Positions 13,856-32,698 of a stretch of DNA of 64,000 nt are shown here, one piece after another. Source of the stretch: the human T2T-CHM13v2.0 reference genome, Homo sapiens. The notes below the pieces were generated by a model. That model saw nothing but the letters and a program-made list of their open reading frames with translations. It had not been told where the DNA came from and ran no database searches. Every line of letters starts with the position of its first letter. Position 1 is the first letter of the stretch. Position numbers and translations under genes: made by a program. The stretch is taken from assembly GCF_009914755.1 (NCBI RefSeq), contig NC_060926.1; one strand, written 5' to 3'.

Positions 13856-14276
13856 AAAACCTCCAGAGCAACACCCTGTAATGAGGCCCATCTTTCCACC
13901 TTCATCCATGGTCTCTTCCTCCTCACCCCTCACATTCCATCACGCTGAACTACACACAGCTCCTGTAATGCACCCTGCGTTTTCACACCTCAGGGCCTTG
14001 GCACATGCTTTCCTTCCTTTGCCTGGAGCGCTTTCCCCAGCTCAACTGCCAAAGCCCAGGAACCCTTCTGTTACCCTCCCTTCCAGCCACTGTCTTCCCA
14101 CAGGATTGCACATCAGCACTAGGCTGGCACTTGCTACATTGTATCATTATCATGATCATCATCTGTTTATGTGTCTATGACTCCTTAAAGAAAAGAGCCA
14201 GATCATATTCTTTTTTGCAGCCCAGCACCCAGCACAGTGCCTGGCTCATCACTGGCATTTGGAAAATGTTCACTGA

Positions 14277-14618
<342 letters not shown>

Positions 14619-15187
14619 TCAAAAGGGCCCACATAGAAGACACCCTGTGGGGAGTCCGTTCAGTTGACAAAGACCCTTCTTTCTCTGGGAACTACCCCAG
14701 ACACCACATGGACCATAGGTAGACACCTGACCCCAGCTCGGCCAAATAGATTCCCTCCTGGGAAAATGGAATGGACTTCAAGAGAAGCAAGTTTGTTTCT
14801 GGAACTATAACATGTCAACTTTGGAATTGTGGGGCATGCATATTCCACCATTTAAACTGGGCAACAGAGAAAGTCACTCGTTAAAGAAAGAAAAATGGCC
14901 ATATAGAGGATTTCAGATGGCTTTCTGAGTCCCAATTCCAGCCCTCTCCTGAGATCATGAAGGATTCCTATTCTAGGTTCTGTGAGACACCCCAACTTAC
15001 TAGTAGCCTGTCCCCTACTTTGTGTTTGAGTTTCATGAAGTTTCTGTTCCTTACAGAGTCGTAACCACACAGGCCAACCTTTGCCCTCAGCAGAGCATCT
15101 TGGGATTTCTTTTCTTCAAAAAAATTCTATTTTAATAAGTAAAGCAACATCAGGCATGCACTAGACCTTAAATCACACATACATATG

Positions 15188-16650
<1,463 letters not shown>

Positions 16651-16920
16651 GACATGTGAGGAAGATCTCTAGACCTCATTAAATAACATAAATTTGGGTA
16701 CTGAAGCTGAAACAAAAGAAAAACACACTTCATATGCATATTAAACTAGAGCACCCAGATTCACAGGCGAAGAACACTATTCACATCTCACACATTCACC
16801 ACCTGAGGCCAAGCTGAAGAGCAGATGTCATCACTCCCCTTATCCCAGACTGCAGAATGGACCAGAAGCTGTGGCATGTATGGATGAATTGGAATTTGAA
16901 TTCTGAGCATTAATTTGGGC

Positions 16921-16926
16921 TTTATT
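16921..16926 (-). terminator. ATP6V1E2: Polyadenylation signal AATAAA of ATP6V1E2
   Basis: TTTATT on + strand about 160 nt past the stop codon. Confidence 0.75.
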
Positions 16927-17084
16927 TCAAAGTTAACACTTTAGCTATCCAAAGGGTATTTCGTGAAGAAAAACAGAACAGTATCAGAGCATCAAAGAGG
17001 AGGAAACACTACTAGTTTCCTTTCCCCAAAAAACTTAAACTTTTATGGTTTAGTGGTTCAACACTAGCTTCACTTCCCAGAGGC

Positions 17085-17765
17085 TTATATAAAGAACTTT
17101 CTGTTGGTGTTAGCACCAAACAAGGCCATTCGTATTTCTGGCATCTTTTGCTTGGCTGAGAGATCCAGTCGGCTTTCCAAGGTATTTGAAACCTTTATTC
17201 TCTGATTGCCACTGTAGACCTCCACACCTCCAGCTGCATTCACAGCCAGGTATGCCTCTTTATCAATCTGGACCTCCACATGTTTCTGGGAAATTGTCAT
17301 GTACTCGGGGATGGCTTTTTGTACAGCAGCCTCCACCAGGAGGAGGTCTTGTGGCCGGCAGCGTACAATCATCACAGGTTCCAGCAGTCGGAGCAGACCC
17401 TGGAGCACCAGTTTATCCAGCAGCCCCTGGTAGACCTCTGGGTCCTCCACAATCCTGCTGAGTCTCAGCTTCGCCTCACTGAGCAAATCTGAGATGAGGT
17501 CATTTCGGGCTCTCAGGACTTTCAGCCTCGCCTGATTCCTCATGGTGGACATCAGGATTTTCTTCTGCTGCTCTATCTGCTTCTCCTTTTTCTCATAATA
17601 CTCCATAATCTTCAGTCGTTGGGTTTGCACGAGGCGTCCTTTCTCAATGTTAAACTCTTCCTCAGCCTTGGCATCGATTTCCTCTGCTTTCTCATTGGCT
17701 TCCTGCTCAATGAAAGCCATCATGTGCTTAATCTGCTTTTTCACATCGACATCACTCAGGGCCAT
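17085..17765 (-). CDS. ATP6V1E2: V-type proton ATPase subunit E2 (intronless retrogene of ATP6V1E1)
   Basis: Uninterrupted 226-aa [34 protein letters not shown]...[10 protein letters not shown], recognisable as V-ATPase subunit E; strong Kozak GCAGCCATGG; no introns in the CDS. Confidence 0.98.
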   Translation of the reverse strand: MALSDVDVKKQIKHMMAFIEQEANEKAEEIDAKAEEEFNIEKGRLVQTQRLKIMEYYEKKEKQIEQQKKILMSTMRNQARLKVLRARNDLISDLLSEAKLRLSRIVEDPEVYQGLLDKLVLQGLLRLLEPVMIVRCRPQDLLLVEAAVQKAIPEYMTISQKHVEVQIDKEAYLAVNAAGGVEVYSGNQRIKVSNTLESRLDLSAKQKMPEIRMALFGANTNRKFFI

Positions 17766-18377
17766 GGCTGCTCTCAGAGGGGACGGCAGAGAGGGAGCTC
17801 GTACACCGTTTGGCTCCTTTGACTTAGGACAATTTCAGGAGTGTCTCTGGAGTTCCACTTTCTCAGCTATACCAGTGAACAAGAGGATGAAAGAGAAAGT
17901 CAGAGGCTATAGAGGAGGATTACAGAGACTGTATATATACCCCTCACTTCACAGATGAGGAAATTGAGGTCCAGAGAAGGAACACAATTTATCTAAGGTT
18001 ATACTCTAGAAGAATGAGACTTGAACCAGGATCTCCAGAATTCTATCCCTGCTACACTCACTCTCATTGTTATCAAATAATAATGAGGTAGTTAGGGCAG
18101 ACCTAGTCCAGAAGTTCTCTACACAGCAGTGGCCTAAGACTCAGATAGCAAGCCAACAGAATGGAAACACCAAATTAATACATAAATGGAAAGCATATCC
18201 ACATTTGGGGTCAGGAGGGTTGGGGAAAGTCTTAAGAAACTCATGGTCAGCCAGGATTTAATCCAGCCAGGATTGAATCCTTCCTGGAGGTAGGAGGGTT
18301 GTAAGAACCTTCAAACGATACAGAGAAAAAGGAGTACTACTAAGCGGAAAATGGCACCTTGGAGAGATGAGACTTGC

Positions 18378-18557
18378 TTTGTAACCTAACATGAGATTCA
18401 TCCTAAAGAATGTTCCATGTGCACTTGAGGAGAATGTGTATTCTGCTGCTGTTGGGTGGAATGTTCTGCATATATGTCTGTAAGCTCCATTTGGTCTATA
18501 GCGTTGTTCAAGTTCTCTGTTTCTTTACTGATTTTCTGTCTGCATATTCTATCCATT
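18378..18557 (-). mobile_element. Isolated L1 ORF2 (endonuclease-region) fragment, inverted copy of 21167-21346
   Basis: Ungapped 180-nt reverse-complement match with about 19 mismatches by hand alignment. Confidence 0.85.
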
Positions 18558-18597
18558 ATCTATTCACTTCCCCGAAGCTTTTATTTAAAAACTTTAT

Positions 18598-18922
<325 letters not shown>

Positions 18923-18992
18923 CTAGACTTCCCCATTTCCCTAAAGCTTATATAAGGGAAGGGGAAGAGATTGAAGGTGGTCTTTTTACTAG

Positions 18993-19475
<483 letters not shown>

Positions 19476-19479
19476 TCAA

Positions 19480-22400
19480 CAAGCCCAGGAAAATGATGTA
19501 TGAACAAAATGAGAATATCAAAAGAGATATAGAAAATATGAAAAAGAACCAAACAAATTTTGGAGCTGAAGAATACAATAACTGAACTGAAAAAATTCAC
19601 TAGAGGAGTTCAACAGGAAAAGATCAGTGAGCTTGAAGATATAACATTTGAAATTATCCAGTCAAAGGAGCAAAAAGAAAAGAAGAATGAGAAAGAGTAA
19701 AGAAAGCCTAAGAGACTTACAGGACATCATCAAGCAGACCAATATATGCATTATGGGAGTCTCAAAAGAAGGCTGGGAAAAAAGGATAGAAAGTTTTTAA
19801 AGAAATAATGGCCAAAACTTCTCAAATCTGGGGAGGGAAATGTCTATCCAGATTCAAGAAGTCTAACGGACTCCAACTAAGATAAACCCAAAAAAGTCCT
19901 TATCAAGACACATTATAATCAAATTGTCAAAAGTCAAAGACAGAAAGAGAAAAGAGCCATCACATATAAGGGAGCTTCTATAAGACTAACAGTGGATTTC
20001 TCAGTAGATATCTTGTAGTACAGGAAAGAGTAAGACGATATATTCAAAGGGCTGAAAAAAAAACCCTGCTAATCAAGAATACTATATTTGGAAAAACTGT
20101 CCTACAAAAAGGAAAGAAAACTAAAGATTTTGCTAGATAAACAAAAGCTGAGGAAGTTCATCACCACTAGACCTACCTTACAAGATATACTAAATGGAAT
20201 CTTTCTATTTGAAACAGAAGGCCACTAGACAGCATATGAAAGTGTAAAGCTCACTAGTAAAGATAAAGATATTGGCAAATACAGAATACTGTAATACTGT
20301 AATGGTGATATGTAAATCACTTTTAATTCTGGTATAGAAGTTAAAAGGCAAAAGTATAAAAAGTAACCATAACTATAAAAATATGTTAATGGATACATAA
20401 TGTAAAAAGATGCAATTTGTGACATAAATAACAATGTTGGGGGGTAAAAAAAGAGTTTTTGCTTGTGATTGAAGTTAATTCATCAGATTAAAGTAGACAG
20501 TTAAAATTATAACATGTTTCATGTTAGCCCACAGTTACTACAAAGAAAATACCTTTGGAAGTTACACAAAAGAAAATGTGAAAAGAATTGAAGTATGTTG
20601 CCACCAGGGGTTGGGGGCAGGTATGGGGGAGTCAAACACAAGGAAGATAGCAAGAGAGGAAAAGAGAGACAAAAAGCCGTGAGACAAAAAACAAAAAACA
20701 ACAGTTAACAAATAGCAACAGTCAGTCTTTCTCTATCAGTAATTACTTTAAATATAAATGGATTAAATGTTCCAATGAAAAGATATAAAGTGGCTGAATG
20801 GATTAACAAAAATAAACAAGATCTTACTATTTGCTGTCTACAAGAGACTAATTTTAGAAATTAAGGACACACACAGGCTGAGGGTGAAAGGATGGAAAAA
20901 TATATTCCATGCAAAAGTAACAAGAGAGGGCAGGGGTGGCCATACTGATGTCAGACAAAATAGACTTTAAGTCAAGAACTGTCACAAGAGACAAAGACAT
21001 TATATAATGATAAAAGAGTCAATTCACCTGGAAGATAGAACACTTATAAATATATATGTACCCAACATCAGAGCACCCAAATATATGAAGCAAGCATTGA
21101 CAGAACCAAAGGAAGAAATAGACAGCAATACAATAATAGTAGGAAATTTCAATACCCTACTGTCAAAATGGAGAGAATATCCAGACAGAAAATCAGTAAA
21201 AAAGCAGAGAACTTGAACAACACCATAGACCAAATGGACCTTACAGACATATATGCAGAGCCTTCCACCCAACAGCAGCACAATACACATTCTTCTCAAG
21301 CACACATGGAACAGTCTTTAGGACAGATCACATGTTAGGTTATAAAACGAATCTCAATAAATTTAAGAAGATTGAAATCACACCAGGTATCTTTTCAACT
21401 ATATGGAATGAAACCGGAAATCAATAGCTGAAGGAAAATTAGAAAATTCACACATATGTGGAAATCAAGCAACACATTTTTGAACAACCAAGGGTTAAAG
21501 AATAAGTCAGGCCGGATGCAATGGCTCATGCCTATAATCCCAACACTTTGGGAGGCTGAAGCAGGAATCGCTTGAACCTGGTAGTGCGAGGCTGTAATAA
21601 GCTAATGAGGTGCCAGTGCACTCCAGTCTGGGCAACAGAATGAGACCCTATCTCTAAAAAAAATTTTTAAAAGAATAAGTCAAAAAGAAAACTAGAACAT
21701 ATCTTGAGACCAAATGAAAATGAAACTACAACATACCTAAACTTATGAGATGCAGCAAAAGCAATTCTAAGAGGAAAATTTATAGTAGTAAACTCTATAT
21801 TAAAAAAAAAACTCTCAAGTTACCTAACTTTACACCTCAAGGAACTAGAATACTTGTTTACTGAAAAGTATAAAACATTGCTGAAAGAAGTTAAAAACAA
21901 ATAAATGGAAAGACATCCCATGTTCATATGTTGGAAGAACTAATATTGTTAAAATGTCCATACTAACCAAAATGATCCACAGATTCTGTGCAATCCCTAT
22001 CAAAATCCTGATGCTGTTTTTTGCAGAAATAGGGTGGGAGAATTCTAAAATTCATATAGAATCACAAAGGACCCCAAATAGCCAAAAACAATCTTGAGAA
22101 AGAACAACAAAGCTAAAGGTCTCACATTTCCTGACTTCAACATATACTACGAAGTTAAAGTAATTAAAACAGTATGGTACTGGCATAAAGCTAGATATAT
22201 AGACCAATGGAAAAGAATGAAGAGCCCAGAAATAAACCCCACATTTACAATCAAATGATCATCAATAAGGGTGCCAAGACTACATAATGGGGGAAAGATA
22301 GCCTCTTCAATAAATGGTGTTGGGAAAACTAGATATCCACATGCAAAAGAATGAAATTGGACCCTTATTTTAAGCATACACAAAAATCAACTAAAAATTG

Positions 22401-23535
22401 ATTGAAGACTTAAATGTAAGGCCTGAAACGATAAAATTCCTAGAAAGAAACAAACGGGAAAAGCTTCATAACACTGGTCTTGCCAATGATTTCTTGGATA
22501 TGACAGAGAAAGCACAGACAACAAAAGCAAAAATAGACAAATGAGATTGCATAAAATTTAAAAGCATCTATGCAGCAAATCAAACAATCCACAGAGTGAA
22601 AAGGTCACCAATGGAGTGGGAAAAATATCTGCAAACCGTATATCTCATAAGAAGTTAATATCCAGAATACATAAGGAACTTTTACAACTCAAAGCAAAAG
22701 CAACAACAACAACAAACTTGATTTTAAAATGGGCAAAACACCTGAGTAGACATTTCTCTAAAGAAGACATACAAAGGCCAACAGGCATAGGAAAACATCA
22801 TGTGCTCAACATCAATCATCAAGTAAATGCAAAGCAAAAGCACAATGAGATATCACTTTACTCCTGACAGGATGGTCATTATTTTTTAAAAAAAGAAGAA
22901 AGAAAAAGAAAATAACAAGTGTTGGCAAGGATGTGCAGAAACTGGAACTCCTGTGCACTGGGTTGGTGGGAATGTAAAATGATGCAGCTGCTATGGAACA
23001 CAGTATGGTGGTTATTCAACAAGTTAAAAATGGAATTACCATGTAATCCAGCAATCCCACTTCTGTTCAAAAGAACTGAAAATAGAATCTTGAAGAAATG
23101 TTTGCACACCAATGTTCAGGGAAGCATTATTCAAAATAGCCAAGAGGTAGAAACAATCTACAAGCTTACTGATGGATGGATAAAAACAGTGTGGTGTATA
23201 CATAAAATGGAATATTATAAAGCCTTAAAAAGGAAGAAAATCCTGTCACATGTTACAACATAGATGGACTTTGAGGACATAATTCTAAGTAAAATAAGCC
23301 CATGATAGAAGATTAAATACTGCATGATTCCACTTATGGGATATCTAAAGTAGTCAAACTCATGGAACCAGGAAATATTAACAGAATGACACTTTCCAGG
23401 GGTGGGGGTAGGGGAAATGGGGTTCTGTTCAATGGGTGTAGTTTTCGTGATGCAAGATGAAAAAGTTCTAGAGACCTGCTGTACAGTAACGTACATACAG
23501 TTAACAGTACTGTACCATACTCTTAAACATTTGTT
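19480..23535 (+). mobile_element. Old L1 (L1MA/MB-type): decayed ORF1 3' part, ORF2 with a large internal deletion near 21850, and 3'UTR
   Basis: ORF-track remnants MIKESIHLEDRTLINIYVPNIRAPKYMKQ (endonuclease) and ...WWECKMMQLLW (C-terminal region); many stops and frameshifts. Confidence 0.9.
21510..21665 (+). mobile_element. Alu monomer (FRAM-like) inserted in the L1
   Basis: Single monomer; TSD aaagaataagtca at 21497-21509 and 21670-21682. Confidence 0.8.
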
Positions 23536-23549
23536 ACACACACACACAC

Positions 23550-23581
<32 letters not shown>
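23536..23581 (+). repeat. (CA)n microsatellite
   Basis: Directly visible, at the L1 tail. Confidence 0.95.
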
Positions 23582-23583
<2 letters not shown>

Positions 23584-23810
23584 TGCTATCCCAGAAACCC
23601 GTACCACTTCCCAAGCTTGGTGGAAAAACCACCCAGTGTTTGTGACAAAGACCAAGCCCTTGGGTTCAATCTTACAAAATGTCATTAGAAGTCAGAAAGA
23701 AAATTTATTTGGGCCATCCACTCCTCATTACTTTAGGATGTACTTTTAAAAAAAACCTGCATTTTGTAACTACAGCAAAAGCATTTTCTGCTCCTAAATA
23801 AGACAAGTCA

Positions 23811-23814
<4 letters not shown>

Positions 23815-23841
<27 letters not shown>
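23815..23841 (+). repeat. (TG)n microsatellite
   Basis: Directly visible. Confidence 0.95.
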
Positions 23842-24574
23842 TTTAAGGCTCCCCGGGTAACCGTGATGCTGACCAGCTTTAGGAACCACTGTCAATGAAA
23901 GCAGACATAGTACAAGGTCTAGGAAGCCCCAGGTTACGTGTATATAGGAAGAAATATATCAGGTGAAGCCTTACCAGTCCCCTGCCAGGGGCCTGCCTTG
24001 CTCTGGCGTTGGGAGTCTGCACACAGAATGTGGAACTTGGAACGCACGCTGGAACCTGGCACTGTTGCTTCCTTCTTTGTACAGATGACCCTTGCAGTCT
24101 GACCAGGCAGCTTGAATCCAAAGAGCCAGGCTGTCACTGGGGAAGGCTGGCCAAGTCTGCCAAGAGGAGGCTAAAAGGGATTTCCTTGGCACCCGGGGCC
24201 ATGACGGGGGTTATCCTTGCACACTCAGAATCTCAGTTAAGTTGGCACATGGTAGCCTTTAGCTCTGGGGCGGGCTCACCTTAACAGGTATGCATGGTGA
24301 CCCAGGCAGCCAGTTTGCTAATTTACTAATGAAAAATACAGCTGTCATGTTGGCGGATCATGGTCTCCTTTCCCTCTATGTGAGTTGCACGTGAAGCCAA
24401 ATCTGAAGGTTGTTTAATAAGAAACCAGCACAAGCAAAATTCACCAGATGGTCTTTAAGAGAGCCACACCCACAACAGGGGATGCTGTGTTCCAGCTCAT
24501 GAGGGAGGGCATCCTCTTCATGCCCAGACAGGGCCTAATGGGCATCACCAGCTTCCACGGTGTCGGCGTGGGCT

Positions 24575-24790
24575 CTGCAGTCAGACTGACGGAATTCAGA
24601 TCCTGGTTCTGCACTTACCATTTGTACGACTTTGACAAAGCAGTATACCCCTCAAGCCCTCAGTTTCTTCATCTGTATAATAAAAATAATAGCAGCTACA
24701 TCATTGGATTATTGTAAGGATTAAATGAAAGAAGTGAGACGTTTAACACAATGTTAGGCATGGTTAATCTTCATGTCTGGTAGTTATTAT
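24575..24790 (+). mobile_element. MIR SINE
   Basis: Core motif cctcagtttcttcatctgtataa...aggattaaatga. Confidence 0.7.
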
Positions 24791-26114
24791 TATCATCATG
24801 ACCACTACTACTATTATTGTCCTCGTCTCCTCTGATTTAGGCCTCACTCTTCATCATAGTTGTTCTGTGTGTACAGGATACCTATGAATGATTAGGTTTC
24901 CACTCACTAAAGTGGAAACATATTCTAGTCTTGCCTGTTTGTAATAAACTTAGCAGCCCTGCCTGGAGTTGGTGACCCTCCTCTCCACAACACTTCATGG
25001 TACCTTTGCCCACAGTCTCAGGTGACCAGTCATATCCTTTGTGATGGTGGTGGAAGCTCCTGAATCCCAGGATTCTGAACTGGGGATGAGGTGGAAGTCA
25101 TCTCACAGCCTGTCACACATCCTTGTGCCTGAATCTGCATCCTGAGTTCTTGTGTCCCCTCCCTGCACTCCCACTTCTAAATAGCTCATTAGTGCTGGGA
25201 CATGAAGGCAGCTGCAGGGCAGGGCAGGGTTAAAAGGCAGGGATTGAGCAAGTCCCTCTGCAGGAAAGCGTGTGCCCATGTAATGTGTCTAGCAGATGTA
25301 ACTTCTCGTCTGTCTGGGATGGAGATTATGAGCCCACATGGGCCTGTGACTTGAGCAAAACAACAAAACAAACCAAGAAATGTGAAACGCACATGCCTGT
25401 CCTTATACGAGGGCTCAGACACTTCTACCCTGCTGAAGCAGGTGGATGCTCTAAGTGGCACCCACTCCGCCTGTGCTGGGGACAGCAGAAGGGGCCCTCC
25501 AAGCCAGACTCGGCTCTCGTGAACCCTTCACGACTGGGGCCTCCCCCCTAAAACAGCCTCATTCCCACTTAACAGCTTTGGCTCATGCTGTTGTCTTGGC
25601 TATAATGCTTCCCTCCACTTAATAAATCCTGCCCATATATTCAGGCCCAGTTTAAGCCCCACCACTCCTTGATCTCTGGACTCCTCCTCCAAATGACAGC
25701 ATGGTCTGTTTTCCAGATACAATTCAGAGCTGGATTCGGTGTTTGTTTTTCCAGTTGTTTTTGCTTCCTCTAGGAAACTTCTTTGAAAATGAGACTCTCC
25801 TTCCCTAGCAGGGGCTGGGTGCAGATAGGTGTTCATTTAACGTGGATTGATTGGATTAAGGGCTTGGGGATGGAAGGGAGGCTTTTTTTTTTCTTTTTTG
25901 CCTTTTTCAAAATTATGAAATACAAAATGCAGTCAGACAAGTACATGAAACGGCAATGTCTGGCTTAATGAATATTACGAGGCAAATATCCTGTAACCAC
26001 CATCCAGATCAAGAGAACATTACCAGCATCCCAGAAGCCTCTCCATATGACCTTTGGGAAGCAGACATTTCCAAACTGGTGATTGTATATCTGTGGGCGT
26101 GGGAAAGGTCTTTA

Positions 26115-26240
26115 TTTCATTTTTAGAAATGGGTCTCACCATTTTGCTGAGGCCGATATCAAATTCTTGGGCTCAAGCAATCCTCCCACCTTGGCCTCCC
26201 AAAGTGCTGGGATTATGGCCATGGGCTACCATGCCTGGCC
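26115..26240 (-). mobile_element. Alu monomer (FLAM-like)
   Basis: Antisense left monomer only. Confidence 0.75.
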
Positions 26241-26651
26241 TGGGAAGGATCTTTAGAGGAAGTGTGAGCTGGGAAATCTCTTCTCGGGCCCTTGCCCACA
26301 TGAGCTTGTGAGTATCTTGGGGAAGTACCAAATCCACAGCACCATGAGAGGGAGGAGGCAGCCGCAGGGAGTGCTTGGTGGGCAAAATATGTCTGTCAAC
26401 CTGGAGCCCTGCCCAGACCCTGAAGCAACTGTTCTTCATTCCAGCTGGGATTTGTAAGCAAATCTGAGGTCAGATGTGTCTGGGTGTGTGCTTCCTACCC
26501 CTAGCCAAAAGGGAAGCAGGACCAAACGTGGGCCTCCAGACACTTAGAGATTGCAGACTGAGGAAGGAGGAGAAGGGGCTTTCCAGAGCTTGGAGCACAG
26601 GGCAACTTACAGGGCCCAGGAAGTGGGTGAGAAAATGTAGAGAAGTAATGA

Positions 26652-27017
<366 letters not shown>

Positions 27018-27040
27018 CTGTCTTTCAAAAAGTATTTTTT

Positions 27041-27326
27041 GGCTGGGTGAGGTGGCTTATGCCTGTAATCCCAACACTTTGGGAGGCAGAGGTAGAGGAT
27101 TGCTTGAGCCCAGGAGTTCACAGTGGGCATCACAGTGGGACCACATCTCTACAAATTTTTTTTTTTAATTAGCCAGGAATGATGGTGTGCGCCTGTGGTC
27201 CTAGCTACGTGGGAGGCTGAAGTGGGAGGATTGCTTGAGAGGTCGAGGTTGCAGTGAACCAAGACCGTGCCATTGCACTCCAGCCTGGGCGACAGACCGA
27301 GACTCTGTCTCCAAAAAAAAAAAAAA
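27041..27326 (+). mobile_element. AluJ-type element
   Basis: Diverged dimer with A tail. Confidence 0.88.
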
Positions 27327-27332
27327 GGATAA

Positions 27333-29245
<1,913 letters not shown>

Positions 29246-30222
29246 TATAATGTATTGTTGACCTGAAGATGTTTAAACCAGGTAGGGGATGGTTTGAGAC
29301 CTTCCATGGGTAACAACAGAACACCAATAGGGAGGGAGGGAAATGAAGATACATGAAAGAACATAAGGCAATTTCGGAAAACTCAGACAAGAAAATGAGG
29401 TTTCAGGGCACATCAACATAGTACCTTAACTTGGAAGCAAGTCACCTGGAAAATGTAGAAAGTTGGTAGTATTTATTAAGCAGAATTTATCCAAATAGAC
29501 AAAAATCAATCACATCTTTATGGAGACCCAACTTTAAGCAATGCCTTGTGGTTTCAGAGAGGGCCCTGGTTTAAAATAGGAGAAAAGCATCTGGCACTCA
29601 AAATGGGATGGGATAAGGGGCAGGAAAGGACACAGCCAGAGTGACTGCACACTTCAGCCGAGGTAGCAGCCCTGTGGGCAAGGGGCCAGTCAGGGAGGGA
29701 GTAGTAAGGATGGGCGCTGAGAGATGGACCGTCATCATAAGCAGAAAGAAAGTAAGACACTGGATGGGGAGAACACTGCGGGCAAAGGCCTGCTGGTGGA
29801 AAGGGGTCTGAGGTCTGCGTGTGGAGAGCAGGTGGGTTTGGCAGTAGTCAAGAGACTTGCAGAGGACAATGTCTAGAAAGACACTGGGGTGTGAATGGGA
29901 AAGGGTGGAAATGTCTGCCTGAGAGTTGGGGCATTATGCAAAAGAGCCCATCAAAGGCTTCTTAGCAGGGCTGTACCTTCGCCAAACCTGGGCTCAGGAA
30001 GATCAGCCTGGGGGTGGTGGGGGCAGGAGTCTTGGACTATATGCCAAAAGCCAGAGGGAGCCTGTACACAGCGAGGGCCAGGACACAAGACAAGGCATCG
30101 CGATTGGAAGGAAGAGATGTGGCCCACAAGCTGTTGGGTGTCAGGTCTGAGGACTCAGCCTCTGGCTACACAGAACAGAGCAGCTCAGCTTGGGGTGAGG
30201 TTGTGAGAAAGCAGGGACAGGC

Positions 30223-30628
<406 letters not shown>

Positions 30629-31144
30629 TCAGAAGGGCCTGAAAAGCTTCATCTCTGCTTCAGTTGCTGATGAGTAAGGAGCCACATAGAGTTTTATTCC
30701 AAGAACTCCACTCACACTGGCAAAGCAGGCTTTGGTCAGGACTGGAGAAAGCTAATGCCTACAGGCAGGGGAAGAAACCTTTCTCCCAAAATAATTTACA
30801 TGAAGAATTCACAACTGAATTTCTCCTTCTAAAACATCTGCAGACAGCTTACTTCAAAGCAGTCAGGTTCTCCCCAAGAGTCATTTGCTTCAAAGCTGCA
30901 TATCTAGAAGTTTCCAGTGGCAGTTTCTCCAAAAAAAAAAAAAAAAGCCCTTCATTTCCATCCCTGTCTAAAGGGGCAAATACTTCCCCGGTCTGTTGCC
31001 TTAGAAAATGTGGACTAGGATGTCATAAGATCTGATTTTTTAGAGAAGTTGGAAATCCTGTTTTAAAAGTGAAACCTTTTTTGTTTTATTGTAGTAAAAT
31101 GTACATAACAAATTTTGCCATTTAACCATTTTTAAGTGTACATT

Positions 31145-31448
<304 letters not shown>

Positions 31449-32081
31449 TTTTTAAGTGTACATTTATGTAGCATTAAGAATATTCACATGGTTTTGCAAC
31501 TATCACCACCATCTCCAGAACTTTTTCGTCTTCCCAAATTTAAACTCTGTATCCATTAAACACTAATCCCACATACTCTTCCCCAAGTAACTGTTGGCAA
31601 CCACCATTCTACTTCCTGTCTCTGTGAATTTGAGTACTCCAGGTACCTCATATAAATAGAATCATAATATTTGTCCTTCCTTGGCTGGCTTATTTCACTT
31701 AGTATGATGTCTTCAGGATTCCCCATGTTGTAGCACAGGTCAGAATTTCCTTCCTTTTTATGGCTGGATATTTCATTGTGTGTATATACCATATTTTGTC
31801 TATTCATCCATTCATAGAGACTTGGGGTGCTCTCCTTTCTTGGCTGTTGTGAATAATGCTGCTATGAACATGGGTATATAAATATCTGTTCAAAGACCTG
31901 CTTTCACTTCTTTGGGGTATATGCCTAGAAGTAGAATTGCTGGATCATATAGTAGTTCTAAGCTCAGTGTTTTGAAGAACATCTGCACCATTTTCCCCGG
32001 CAGCCGCACTATTTTACAGTTCACAGCAATGCACATGGGTTCCAGTGTTTCCACATCTTTGCCAGTACTTGCTGTTTTCTG

Positions 32082-32698
<617 letters not shown>

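Larger units (their letters stand above)
16900..17866 (-). other. ATP6V1E2: ATP6V1E2 terminal (coding) exon; 101 nt of 5'UTR precede the ATG; 3' end approximate
   Basis: Minus-strand acceptor ctttctctttcatcctcttgttcactggtatAG|CTGAG at 17867/17866. Confidence 0.8.

Noticed and set aside
16850-17900. PolyA tail and TSD scars of the ATP6V1E2 retrotransposition
   Set aside because: None recognisable; consistent with an old insertion
17186-17958. Antisense ORFs over ATP6V1E2
   Set aside because: Shadow frames of the real CDS with no independent coding signal
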